From Blasia pusilla (taxonomy: Eukaryota): a DNA stretch of 64,000 nt. Shown here piece after piece: positions 27,701 to 41,351 of the stretch. Where the stretch lies: NCBI GenBank assembly GCA_050084515.1, contig CM114271.1, forward strand, positions 7,254,001 through 7,318,000, read 5' to 3'. Below the pieces are notes generated by a model. That model searched no databases. It was not told the DNA's origin and saw nothing but the letters and a program-made list of their open reading frames with translations. How positions within the stretch are numbered: the stretch's first letter is position 1; every line of letters starts with the position of its first letter. The translations under genes were made by a program, and so were the position numbers.

Positions 27701-29030
27701 GATTGAAGAGGGTGAAGTTCCTGATGAGAATGGGAATCTTGGATTATGGCGAATTGTGACCATCAAGAACTTGCCTTACACGGATAATCGTCGCACAGGA
27801 AAAGTGCCAAAATTTTTGACCCATCGGTTGTTCCCCAATGCAAGGTAAGACTTTCATCATTCTCAGTATCTGCCTTCTCGATTCTCCATTATGTAGACAT
27901 TATTTTGGCATCTATGGTTCCTTATGCATGGGTTTCTCCATGCATTCACTGTATTATGTATAGACGTTATTTGGGCACCTATGGTTCCTCATGCATGGGG
28001 TTCTCCATGTTTTTTATCCTTCAATTTTTCTATAAACTTTTGGAAGTCATATAGTGTCATTTCTTTTGAAGAAACTAAGATGCGTTCGTTGATAATGGAC
28101 GTGGTAATATTCAGGTACTCTATATGGCTCGATAGCAAACTACGCTTACAAAGTGATCCTCTTTTGATCTTGGAATACTTTTTGTGGCGAGGAGGATACG
28201 AGTATGCGATTTCGAATCATTACGATCGGCACTGTGTTTGGGAAGAAGTGGAACAAAATAAAAAACTTAACAAATTCAACTTCACCGTCATCGATGAACA
28301 ATTTGCATTTTACCAGGAAGATGGATTGACGCGTTTTAATGCATCTGACCCAAACAAACTTTTGCCCAGCCGTAAGTCCTGACAACCATGCCTTAGGCCT
28401 AGGTACAATTGGACCTGAACTTAGTCACCTCATAAGCGTAGTGTCTGCTCACTAGGTAAATTTGAAGCTCATTGGTTGGTATATCTTATCTCACATCAGG
28501 ATGTTGTTTTGTTGCAGATGTTCCCGAAGGATCCTTCATTGTAAGGGCTCATACACCCATGTCTAATCTATTCTCTTGTCTCTGGTTCAATGAAGTTGAT
28601 CGCTTTACTTCAAGAGATCAATTAAGCTTCGCATACACATTTTTGAAGTTCGTTCGCACGAACCCAGCCTATAAGTTCCGGTTCAACATGTTCAAGGTGA
28701 CTAGGGCCTCACCGCCTTTGCTCTTCTGGTTTCAGCTCAGTATCCTCCACGTTTGAAACTCTGCTGATCTTAGAGTCCCATAGCTATGGTTATAGTGATG
28801 CATGAGAATCTAGTTTGTGAATACGTTAGTCTTAGGTCATCTTCATTCCCCTCTTCAAATGCTTCAGTACGTTTTACCCGCCCCTTCCTAATCAATGTGA
28901 CAAAGTACCCTGAGAGGTTTCCCAAGCATGACACGAGGACGTGACTGTGCAGGACTGTGAGCGAAAGTCGATGGTCAAATTGTACCGACATAAGCAAGAG
29001 GAGGTGCTCTTGCGGGGTCGTAGACATTGA
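24771..29030 (+). CDS. DUF616 (TOD1/MUCI70-like) glycosyltransferase-family protein, 8 exons: 24771-25065, 25699-25740, 26617-26829, 27015-27370, 27633-27844, 28115-28371, 28518-28696, 28953-29030
   Basis: N-terminal TM; IAVSSCIFGNYD, VCFAMFVD, RRTGKVPKFLTHRLFPNARYSIWLDSK, VPEGSFIVRAHTPMSNLFSCLWFNEVDRFTSRDQLSF, DCERK; all introns GT-AG with consistent phases. Confidence 0.9.
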
Positions 29031-32000
29031 AGAGGAAATTTTTTTCAGAATTATTTGCCAACAGAGTTTAGGGTTTGACCATGATTCAGGTAGGAAATGT
29101 TTCACATTTTTGGTTCGACAAGCAACTTTGTAAAGTCTTGTAACTCCGTCCTATTTTCCTGTTTCTCATTGAGATTCTCAAACAGAAATACCGGCTCTTT
29201 TGATGTGCATAAGGCCCTTTAGGAAGCGCGCAGGAAAGATTGTACCATTACAAAGTACTTTCTCCAGGTTTGTGAGTTTCATGTACATGTACATTGACAA
29301 TTCATCCCCAGCAGAGGTACTGGTCGATATATTGACTGGGCTGCAAGATCCATTACCGAGACTTGAGCTCAGAATTCTTCCATCAGTGCTACTTACTGAT
29401 ACCATCCGTAATGTAAACTCATTCGATCATAATAGACCTCGACGATACTTTTGATTCGTAAGTGTGTCGAGGTAGAGTTCTTATGTTGGATTTAATCTGG
29501 CCAGACTTTGGACCGGTGGGGATTTCTCGAGTCCTTGGCTTTGGCTGTTGACATTTGGGTCCCTCCTGAATTGGGTCTTGCACCATGTTTGACACCCGTA
29601 TGCTACTGGCCACAAACGATGATGTATTCCTATTGATTGTAAGATACCGCCCACAGCAGTAGGAAAGCTTTGACAGATCTCTTTTGGCATGGCGACTTTA
29701 CATCATTTTCACGTTTAATTGTTCGGCAACCATTCGAAACTGCACCTGGTGAAAGCCCAGGGAGGTACAAAGGTTCCGTTCCGTTCGGGAAATTTAGCCA
29801 TCTACAGATACCCTGCTGTAGAAATCAACGCTCGAACTAAATTTCCAAAGCGTTTTATGAAACTCGTAAATTCTCTCTACTAGGGTCATAACTTTCCTCA
29901 GGTCCATGCGTTTTTTTCGTCCTGATGACTCTTACATGCATAGCCATTTGATGCAACTGCGACTTTCTGCTTTGAGTGAAATTGTGTTTTTTTTTTTAAA
30001 TTCCGTGGGATGGAATACCGAACAGGACGTCGGAGACTCATGCTCCGACTATCACATCATCTGTAATGAATTGTATCGATGCCTCGACAGATAACAAAAG
30101 TGGTGCTCTCCTCTCTAAATCACCCTGGATAATTGAAACCTAGGCCAACTGGAAAGTGCAAACCCCGGTGCTGCCACAACTGTGGTAATCGACGCTTCGT
30201 TGTCTGGTCTAGAGCAATGAGGTAATTGGTTGTCTTTCGTGATTACTTGCAAGGTTATTGCCGCTCTTACTATACTTTTTCGGTTGAGGATTTCATGTCC
30301 TACTTTTTTATCAATCAGTGTGCAATGTTTTTGTCTACTTCGCTTCATAAAGTAGAAAAATCGAGTTCTACATCGATCGTTTTATCCCCGGGAAAGTTAA
30401 CGTGTCTTAGTAGCATTTGGACATGATACGAGGATTTTTCTTTTCCTTTATTCCGTTCAGGATAAAGTGAAGTTTTGCGTTTTCGATTGGTCTTCATCAA
30501 ATGAAAGTTCCAAGGAAAAGCGATGGGTCAAACCAGTTCAACCACGAATTCCCGCCCGTCATCACTTGGCATAAGGATCGGACATCATGGCTCACGAGGA
30601 AATAAGACGGCAGATGGAAGCGGATCGTATATCATGTTTGAAGACTCAAGTCGCACGAAGACACGGACATGATGCCTTGAATGTGGAACTCGGAAGTCGT
30701 GCTAGCGATTCAGACTTGGCAAGTAAAGTAGAGCTCTTCACGCCTGGATTCGATTACAACATGCGGAGGTTGAAAGCGAGGTGTGCTGCGGATTCAAACC
30801 GAACAACTAACAACTCCTCAAGGTCATGAAGCTCTCGATTCGACACGACAAAGCGAAGCTCGAAAAATCCGCTGCCGACTCAATCTGTACTACTGCAGAT
30901 CATGAGGCTCTCGATTCGACGAGAAGCGAGGAGACCCCTCAGTCGCAACCACAGCTACTCCCGCACGCCACGGCAATCTCGGTCATCCACAGATTCCACA
31001 TCTCGTCGAGCTCCCCCACGACCATCCAAGCTCCACATGACGTGCGCTGGTCAGTCATCGTGCGACTCTCGTAGCTAGAGCCATTTTCATGGGCAAGGAT
31101 TGTATCCTGCACGACGCATCGTCAATGAGGAAGGTGACCGACTTCCATTGTGCTTTGGCACTAGAGAGACTGCATGTATAGATGCAACGACTCTACTAAG
31201 CGAACAAATCTAGGCCACTTAATGGTTTCAAAGCAAACTACAAATAAAAAAACACTCTCCAATCATAATATAAACTAAAAGATTTAATCATAATTTAAAA
31301 CAAAAAAAATTTTGTTTTCATATATGAAAAAAAAAATTTATTATCCAAATCAAAGTGTTTGCAAATCAAGAAAAACTCTCCAAAAATATATAGATATAGA
31401 TTCTTTCGGAACTTTGGAAATAATCATCCGCGAACGAAAACCTACTCGCTCTTCCCATAGACTCATAGGGCGGTTCAAAGCTTCCCCTTGGAGCAGCTTC
31501 CATTCGAATGGAAAATTCTTAGAAGAATAATTCGAATAGAAATTCAAATCATTTTGGTTGATGAGCCTAGCAACATGGAGGTTTTGAGGGGGTTCCCAAT
31601 GATTGCCTATATGTGTAACTCGTATCTTTTTACCATCAAAGTGGGGTTGGTTGGATTGTGATTTTTATGTTAAATGCTATTCCAAAATTTCTAAGTCATG
31701 GAGATGATGAAAATGACAGACGTTGTGTGGAGATGTGCACTCCCATGGCTGAAAAATCCATATGAGGAAATCGCTTGAACACACCGCACTCATGGACGAC
31801 GATTCAAGAATCTTCAAAGTTCTAGATCTAGCCAAGGCTTTGGAGTCTGCCCCCAACAATCAATGTTTAGGGAGAAATAGAGCTCACTTGAAAGTTCCAA
31901 AAAAAAAACCAAGACAAAAAAGCACAAAAATTATACCATCGAGTGTATTTTGTGTCGAAAATTCGTCAAGGTTAGGAAACCTCATCTTTTTGCCATATAT

Positions 32001-32532
32001 AGATAGATATGGCAAAACCAAACTCCCATACTCTAGATCAAGCCAAGCACATTGTGTGGGGCTCCATTCCACAGAGTGCCCCACAAGCATTGGCAACTCC
32101 AAGAATGGATTGGCAACTAATAAAAAATTATCAAGTGTTCAAAACCATCAACTTTGTGGCCTAGAGAGACTTAGTTTAAAGTAACTAGTAAGGTCACATT
32201 AGTTGACCCCAACTAATGTGACTATTTAGAAAGATATTTGGAGAGACATCAAGTGACACCTATCAAATAGAGGAGCAGCGAAGAAAACTGCATCCTCCAA
32301 TTAGTGCATACATTTTTGGTTGGTTTGGAGATGAAAACTTTCTTCGGGAGAATAACTTTTGTTGATTATCTCACATGCTTGCAATAAACCCAATCCTATG
32401 TGAAATGGGGGCAGAACTTTTATTCGCTATGCAAGGACCTACCCCAAACCTAAGGGTAGAAGGATCTTGTGAACTCCCAATAATGATCACCTAACTTTGT
32501 TGCAATTAGCATCCGATTTAATCACCAATGTT

Positions 32533-32669
32533 TGAATTCTAATAACCAGGTCCCATGGAAGATAGTTTTTGTGATGGATGTGACTTATAATGGCCAGTCC
32601 CATGGAAGATTGTTTTTGTGATGGGTGTGAATTCTAATGACCAGGTCCCATGGAAGATTCTTTTGTGAT
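32533..32669. repeat. Tandem repeat, ~48-bp unit x ~2.9
   Basis: Core CAG(G)TCCCATGGAAGAT..TTTTGTGAT in units starting 32533, 32581 and 32628. Confidence 0.85.
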
Positions 32670-35525
32670 CATCTTGTTATCCTTCACAAATCTATATAAT
32701 TAAAAGAGGATGGGGTATGAGGATCCCTTCCTCACGGGTGATTTTCTTTGCACGGGCATTATACTGGTCTATATATTCATTGCGACGTGGATTGAAACTC
32801 AGTACGAATTTTTGTCTACGATTGTAGGTAGTCACATTAGAGCAAGACAATGGGACCCCATTCCATGGAACTTGAACTGTATGCTAATGGGAAGATTGAG
32901 TTATCTGAGATTTGGTTTCCGGCTACCTTGTGTCCCTAGAAAGTATTTTTTCACGTCAGTTATTAAAGGTGGGCACTAATGGGTGTGGAACTCGCGTATG
33001 TTCTAGACCATCCAACGATATGACGACGTTTAGAGACCCGAGGGTTGCTCGGCACTTCGGAAGGGAGAATGATGCAAAACCCATCGGAAGTACAAAAGAG
33101 GGGGACTCAAAAAGTCAAAACCTGAAGGCCACAACAAGACCAGAAAAGGAAGAAGGGGGCACTCCCCCCGAAGGAACCGCGTCTTGCAATGTTCGCGAGG
33201 CTGTCTTGTTCGTGCTGTCGGTCGGGCCTTCGCTCGCTGCGGAGGACCCCGCGGGGGGCCCTCGTACAAGAGCCCAAGGACCCTACACCATACATACATG
33301 CAACGCCACGAGTATGCTGGCCACTTGGCTACTAGAGTGCTGAGCGCTGTCAAGAGCTGGCCTGCCGCGGTGAACTGTTCGCGTCATGCCGCCGACGACA
33401 CCTTCTCCGCACCTTTCAGAGCGGGCCTTCCGATACCGGCTTTCGGATTCCTGCCGTTCGTACTTCGCTGCGGAAAGAGGCGACTATTGGGGCGTCCGTC
33501 GGCCATAACGTATGGACGGTTTCCATTCATGTCCGATTCCGTAACTCGGAGGGCCGGCGACTTAAACCCACACCAATACGTTTTGAACGTCAGTGGAGAG
33601 CCTCCTCCTCTTACGTCCAAACACGACATTCGGCCATATACAGAATAATGGCTTCGTACGTCCTTAGGGAGGAGGAGGGCGATAGAAGACCAGTGGTAGT
33701 CCGGAAGGGGTATGTGAGTTTGCAGGGGATCGGCACCGACTCTGGCACATGAGGGCGTAGAGTGCTGTGCCATGTCCGGTAGAAGACACGACCGCGGTCA
33801 GGATGATGCCAGAGGTGGCACCGGCTGGCGGAGCCACGGACTTGGGATTTCGGGCTATGGTGGGGATCGATGCGAGATGAATGCATTCCAACGGCGGTGG
33901 GCCGTCAGGAGAGCGCACGATTAGTTCGGAGGAGAAAATCGAGCTGGCGGCTCTGCACTGCGCACTCGATCACGACAGGAGGTTTCGGGCGTGTGCAAGA
34001 CGCTGGGAGGAGGACGAGTGCCCGCAAGATCACCCGATTTTACACATTTGGAACTCTTCGATGTTCCATGTTTTTTGGTGCAAGAAAGCAATCCACTGCA
34101 TCTCAGACAGGCAGGTAGATACATGCGCACCTGCTCGAAAGCTTCTCGGCAGCGGAAGTGGATTCCACACGTAGAAATTTCAGCTCAAATTAGTTGCGTG
34201 CTAAAACCATGACACAGCAAGACGAATTCCTTTCATGGCTACAGGAAACCGCAAGATGTGTTTGGCATGGACATCTGCATAGGCACAACGATGACCGGCA
34301 ACGAATTCAAGCGATCCATTGTTTCTTCTCCCATGAAACGTTATTCATTCATCGACCACGGTCCACTCCCACCTGAAACGGTTTCCCAATCTGAACCAGC
34401 GAGGACCTCAACACCATTGAATTATTCCTGTCCATCAAAACCAGGAGGTTCTCATATCCTGCAGATCCTGAAGTACTCAACTTCTTCCAACATACCCCGC
34501 TATTCTTGATTTTTCTAACCCAGACCCTTTCTATCTTCCTTCTTTAGTCCATAACAAAGTTCTCCGTCTTCCTCTCTAGACCTTCATCTCGTGGTGATTC
34601 TCATAATTCTTGCGCTCTTCCCCAATATCACGGTTGACCTGTACCTGTCAGTATGCCGAGACAGCATGATTCCTGATCCTCGTGACGGAGCTCGAATGTC
34701 TGAATGACTATCGAAGCAGAGTGAGTATGAAGAACGTCACCCATTCTGGGAAACCCCTAATCCTCGCGATGCCTTGAGCACAAGCCGAATCTTATGTAGA
34801 CGAAAGACCAGTCCGGCTACTTTCGGCAGCCAATCCAATCCGACGAGTACTATTTGCATCGACGATTGCTGGGACCACGTTTGTAGAAGCTCGAGGCTGT
34901 TGCGGAAACAAAAAGATGGATAATGAAAAAAAATCAGATGTGGATCAGACAAAAGGAAGCGAAGTTGATCTCTGGGCTCGAAGCCGGTGCCAACAGACAG
35001 AAGGGAAAAAGCAGGAGACATACCTGTTTTATTGAACTTGCACTTGATGCAGAGAAGACAACTTTCTCCACTCTTGTAGGGCAACAGGGATGATCTTGAG
35101 AGGCCAGATTGTCCAACACAGAATGATTCTTCATTTCAGGCAATCAACAGCGAACAGCGATCAAGACTCTGGGAGAATGTTCATCAGGACTTCAGGCATA
35201 CTCTACGTGCACTGGAACTCGGAGCTACCATGGATGATCCGTCGTGGTCGAGTCCACGAGATCATAATGCTATTGAGCCTTTTCGTGCGAGCTTCTCCGA
35301 CGTAGTGACCCAGGAAATCGACCGAACACGTTCTGCAAGAACACACCCAACAGCACCGCTCCAGATATGCCTCACACTTGATGAAAGCTCGTGCGTCCGC
35401 CTGAAATTCCATCTGGGCCGTCCAGACGAGTAAAGGGAGCCATATTACCAGAGCTAAACAAACAAGCCATATCGAGGAAGTCGAAGGGCACATAAAGACA
35501 AAATGCTGAGGGGTCGGGTGATGGG

Positions 35526-36377
35526 TTATCGAGCAGAGGGCTTTCTGAATCCAACGATGTGGCTTGGCACCATGTAAGCGGGAACAGACTCGGACAAAGT
35601 AACCGATTCCATGCCAACCTCCCAGAGCTTCTCAGCATACTCCGGCCCATGGAAGAGATCCCATATGAGGGCCTGTCCTCCGGGCTTCAAAACTCTGACG
35701 ATCTCTAGAATCCCCTTGAACCTCTCCTTGCCAGCTCTGGGGGTCGCACGACCGTGGTTCTCTCCCAGGTTGTTCAAGCACAGGGCAGACACCACGGCCG
35801 CGAAATAATCGTCAGTGAACGGAAGATTGCGCGCATCTCCACTCTTGCAGGTCACATACTCTTGCGTGCCCTCGAGGGAGCTGGTCTTGAGAGTGGCGGC
35901 CATGCTTCTGCCTCTGCTCTCACCGTTCAGCCATAGATCTACGCCTACAACGCGGCCGCCCACTCCTTCCTTCTTCAATCTCAAAGCCACCGTGTTCAGC
36001 AACAAACCCCTCCCGCAACCCACGTCTAGAACCGAATCCAACTTGGCCCAATCCTCCACCATGCCCACCATGCGACGAGCAATCCTGTCACGCAAGATCA
36101 CGTTGGTGTACAGAATGTTCGCAGCCGTGACCACGAAACAAACAGCCATCAGAGCCATCACTCCCATCATGAATCCCAGCGCAAAACCCCATATCTGCGA
36201 TGGAACAAACAGGAATGTGGTAGACAAGGTCCTCGTGCACAACGAGAAGTAGAGATACAGCAGCTCCGTCGCCGCTCCCAGCGCCACCGCCTGCCATATC
36301 AACCCCGCCACATGCCCCGCTTCGTGCACTCCGTAAATCTCATACACCCTCATCCATCCTCTGCTCCCCTTCACCAT
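35526..36377 (-). CDS. Class I SAM-dependent methyltransferase with N-terminal hydrophobic segments (single exon; start may be the second Met, MRVYEIY)
   Basis: 283-aa ORF; VLDVGCGRGLL motif I, VVGVDLW, GDARNLPFTDDYF, EIVRVLKPGG. Confidence 0.9.
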   Translation of the reverse strand: MVKGSRGWMRVYEIYGVHEAGHVAGLIWQAVALGAATELLYLYFSLCTRTLSTTFLFVPSQIWGFALGFMMGVMALMAVCFVVTAANILYTNVILRDRIARRMVGMVEDWAKLDSVLDVGCGRGLLLNTVALRLKKEGVGGRVVGVDLWLNGESRGRSMAATLKTSSLEGTQEYVTCKSGDARNLPFTDDYFAAVVSALCLNNLGENHGRATPRAGKERFKGILEIVRVLKPGGQALIWDLFHGPEYAEKLWEVGMESVTLSESVPAYMVPSHIVGFRKPSAR

Positions 36378-39300
36378 ACTTCCCGAATTACAATCTTCCG
36401 ATCACCAAGAGCCGACCAGACTGCAGCAATCCGCCGCGGAACACCCAATCTTCCTCCCGACTTTCTCTTTCACCCCTCCCCCTTCGAATGGATCTCCCGA
36501 TCCAACTCCCAATCCGCACAGCAACCAACTCCGTGGCCAGCGACTACTGCCAAGAACGCCTCCCAACTTCCACCCTGGCCCCGCCGAACCGCGATATGCA
36601 GAAACAATCGTGCAGAACGTCATTCCCAATTCAAAACAGAAAGCCTCGCACCTGGAGCCATCCCACCTCGCTCCCTTCCCGCTCCTTCGTCCGTCATCCA
36701 GCTCTAGCAATCCGCGGGAAACAAACGGCTACATCCATCCGACCAGCAAACATCGCCTCCTCAACCAGCATCCGGTGCTCCTGGAGCGCCCGCCCGACAT
36801 CGTCGGTCCCATAAACTCAATGGAAAGGCGCTCAAGCGATGAGGGCGACGCGCTCACTGACCTGGAGGAAAGGGCGGGAGGAGGAGCACCTCAACGGCAA
36901 ATCTCGCAGGATTCGGATTGATGCTGTTCGTTCGTTCGTTTATTCCTTCATTTATTTTATGGTGTACTTCTCGGCACAACAGCTCAATATCTTGAGGCAC
37001 ACGTGCTCCGCTCGACGTTCTAATCCGATCACATCCTTCTCCCTTTAGCTCGGTCTCCAGGTTCACACACAGAGACGGACAATCGCTCTCGATCGACCTC
37101 GCACCACTGCAGCTGCTACTACCACTGCTGCTGCTGTTGTTGTTATGTGCTTTGGGGCCTCCCCCACGTCGACTCATCTCCCGAGTCCCTACTTCCCCGG
37201 CGGTTGCGTCATCCATCCAAAATCGATGGTTTCGCGCTCCCTGCGGACCGGGTGGGCCGGCTGCAGTCAGCAACTCCCGTCGTCGTCGTTCCCTCTTCTA
37301 TTCGGAGTCCACGCCAAGGTGATGTCTTGATGGTCGCCGGTGTTTCTTCCAGCCTTCCAGGTATATAAACCAGTCAGACCGTGGATAGATAGAATCCAAG
37401 CGCCCACGAACATCCACACACGCGTGCCGGGTATTCTTGGGCAACTTGGATGAATGGGTGGACACGTCATCTACTACTACCACCGCCACCACCGGGATGT
37501 ATGGATGGCATCTCCTAGACTCACTCATATCATATGGTAGTAAGGGTGGTAATAATCCACTTTTATTATGCTCTCTTATCCACCTCGTCCGAGAAAAAGG
37601 CAATAAAATGGTGTAAAATACACTACGACTAATTCAATCCATCACGAGATGAATAGTTTGAAATAAATTTGACGTAAATTTGCATTACACATCAGGGGAA
37701 AGAAAAGATTACGAAAAGGGGGAGTTGATAATTATGGAGGGAATAGTGTTGATATATTTTCAGGAAAGTATAAAAAATTCATGTAAATCATCAAAAACTT
37801 TAGTTACAAAAAGGATAAAGTCTCATTGCATAACTTAATTCTTTCATTCTTGTTGTTACATCTTTGTATATGCAACTTGACAAACCAAATTAGGATAGGT
37901 AGGATTAGAAAATTCTATACTTTTCAATACGTGAAAGCCATTAGATCAATTTGTCGACCAGAGGTTACTTGTACTATGATGTAGGAAATGAAGTTGCTCT
38001 TGCCCAACCATGTATTCTAATGCACAAGCCATTGATGCTAGTGCGTCTCTCATCACACAATGGCATGTCGTTCGTTCTACACGATATGCACACCGGATCA
38101 TGTACATAACCTTTGCAATAATGGGGTCACGTTCAACACAATTAAGCACACCTAAAAGAGAGTGATAGTGATATCCATGACATAACCATAGTATCTCTGA
38201 TTATATATAATCAAATGGAAGAATAAGAGGATTCACATTAGGCAATGCCGCCATTCTTATAACCTCATATGAACGCAGACTACCTCGATTAGCTCATCAA
38301 TCTTCAACCTTGGTATTTGGGATTTCCGACTTTGTGACAAGATTCATGATTCATATTGTGTTTTCAGATTCATTATGATCCACATAATTCTAATTAGATC
38401 TCTTCATGAACTAGACATAGAATTACTTTTTGGAATATTGAGAATATATCTTTAATATATATGAACCTTTCAAAATATCTATACTCCTTTCCTAAAGTAT
38501 CCCTCATGGACCATGGTTGTAAGAATAATATCATTAGGAAGGAATAGTGAATGTGCTTATAAGGACCCTAAAAAGTTTCTCATACGGACTACTTCTTAAG
38601 CATAGATTTTAAGATATTTATTGAGAGATCCCACACATCTCAAGCTATCTTTAAAATTAAAAAAAACATACAACTAATTACAAAAGAACCTTTGAACTAT
38701 GTTATATTCATAGGAGATTTTTATATTCTTTTAAAAAGTTCCTTCTTACAATTGTCAAGTCATGTACACATGAGCAAAGAGTATCTCCTTGGCGCTCGTG
38801 TAGAGATAATGTGTCTATGTTGGTAGGTCGAGGATGACCCATTGAGGAGGTGGGAAATGAGACTATGCAAGTTCCCCCATCCTGCTTTAGCTCATTTTGG
38901 ATTATTCGAGGGAAATTCTTATTTCTAAAGTTCCCGTTCGAAACCAAAACAAAATTTTCTCATGGTGATACAAGAGAAAATTCTATGATGTGAGGGTGTG
39001 GTGGCACACCAAATTATCATAGACCTTTGTTTACATGTTTGAGTGTGTATGATTTTCATGACAAAATTTGATTTTTGAACTTGTTACATTGTGATAATAA
39101 TGTATTAGAGGGTTTAAGATCTTCAAATTTTAAAAGGTATGTGTTCCTCATTTCCTTTCTTCATTTAATTGTCTCTTTTTAATTGATTTTTTTCTTTTTA
39201 AGGGACACGTGTCAACACCAAAAAAATCTCTTAAAAAAAATCCAAGAGAGATAAATAGGTCTCTTCAAATCCCATCCCCATTAATTAATCAGTGTGCGGC

Positions 39301-41351
39301 GTGTAGATAATGTAGATGACCAAGAAAACTACTAGAACTTGTAGAAGACCGGATTATAATTTCATATTCTAACTGGAAAAGGATGCAGTAACAAATTAAA
39401 AAAAAACTATTCAAGCTCGGGAAATTCAAAGCCACACTATTGCAAGCTCCAAGGCGTAATTACCCGTAAGAGAAAGGGAGTGTCTACCTCGCATGGCCAC
39501 GGGTTGCCATGGGTTTTGCCCAGGAAGGTTTTGTACGCTTTGCGAAGAACTTCTCTGAAATGAGGTCACGATATTCGAAATTGACGACTTTATGATGTCT
39601 CATATGATTGATATCCTCCTTTTCAAGAGCCGCTTTTCGATCACGGTCGTCGTAGTGGTGGTTCCAAGTGCATGGATTCTGGATAGGTGGGGCGCACTCG
39701 AGGCTCGTACTCGTCTTGTTTGAATTGGCTTGTGTTTGCTTGCTGGGCAATGTCCAAGGCCTCTCACGTATGCCCCGAACGGCTTGCTCTTGGCTCAGAT
39801 CACTGGTAGAGCATAATGGAAATTGGTTCCCAGCGTTCCTGTGCCGAATGGCCGATCTTCCCGATTCGAGGTCGGCACGCTTGGGGCAGAGTGCTGAGTC
39901 AGGTGCCGGAGTGTGGAGTTTCAGTGACAATCAGTAGGCGGAACACTACGCTCCCATTCAACACTCCGCTTTTATCACGTGTGTGGTCATAAGGTCTTGG
40001 ATTTCCGCGGCGTCGGAGGAGTTTACGGGTATGTGAGAGTGTGAATGGACATCTTTGCTTGTGGCAGTGTGTACACTGGGATGTCGAGGTAGGAGGTTTG
40101 CTGGTAGAGTTATTGGAGGCGTGCTGGAAAGAGAGGGTTTAGTGAAGTAATGCGTAGAAAAGGACTCGGGCTGCTACGTCCCCGTGCCGATAACAATTGG
40201 TGCAATGGTTTCCGACCATAAACATTGTCAGAGTACTGATGTGGTGGCGGTCGCAAAATGCCTTCAACTGTGGAGCCCATCACAAACTGCACGTTCCTAA
40301 TACCATGAACTGCCACCGGCGTTTATTTCTCTTCCGGCAAATTACTTCCAAGTCATTTGCCAAGCGGACCTCTCAAATGCAGTTGTCCGTCAAATTCAAA
40401 TGGTAAGCACGACTACCATCCCCTTAGGTTGCATAACCTTCACTGGCTTTAGGAGGGATAGAGATTTGCAATGAGAGTCTCTTCCACAGAAAAATACGTG
40501 GGTCTTTCTCAAGGGGAATGATAGTTTTTTTTTAATATGGTCAGATTATCTAACCATAAAACTATCTTATGAGTATGCATGTACAGACAGATTAATGATC
40601 AAAGAGAGAAGCATCTGCCTATTTCTTTGCCAAAGTTTAGTTATTTATGTTTTGCGAAATCTTTCCGTAGGGGCAGAGGCCAAGGGTGAAACGGACTTTC
40701 ATGGGGCGCAATTCAAAGGTCTTCTTTTCCATTCGAAATGCATCATCATATTAAGCATCAAGAAGTTACTAGCCAATGATGGGTTCGCAGGATCAACTCT
40801 TCCAGATTAGAAACCGTAGCCTTGGAACTTCTGCACATCGTCTATCAAGTTGTCCAAACACATTTCACCCCCGGTTTTGATCCAGTATGTGAGTAAAATC
40901 GATCTCCGCCACGGTCCTCAGTGCTTCTGTTTGTGAGCCAGAACATGGGGCAGGTGCAGCTCCGGCTGGATAATGGAGTTTACCAGACCAACTTGAGGTC
41001 AGTACAGACACGCTCTACCTCAAGATATACATGCTTTCTTTACCATCACAGGTACTCCACCACAGGCACATGAGAAGGCACGGATTCATATTGTACAGGA
41101 CATCCACAGAGTTCAAATCTGAAATATGACCACTTCTTTTCTCTCTATTTTCAGATTTACAAGATTGAGTTGGCATTGATGAAGTTGGAGCCAATGTCAC
41201 TGCCTCCAACATGAAGTTGAAGGCAGTAACTTTGCGATCCTTCTCATTGAACCTACCATGGAACAAAATAGTAAGAGCTATTCCCGGGATTTTAAATACC
41301 CACAGTGGGAGAGTCTCGTCTCAAATGCGCAAGGACAAGTCTAACTCGGGA

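Noticed and set aside
27889-28009. ~68-bp tandem duplication
   Set aside because: Ordinary intronic duplication in the DUF616 gene
32533-32669. CRISPR-like repeat array
   Set aside because: Eukaryotic context; the units are contiguous tandem copies with no unique spacers
32912-34509. Cluster of overlapping 60-150 aa ORFs in GC-richer DNA
   Set aside because: No recognisable domain; expected by chance at this GC content
35526-36377. Link between this host SAM methyltransferase and the TE DNMT
   Set aside because: Different family: small-molecule class I MTase without PC/ENV motifs
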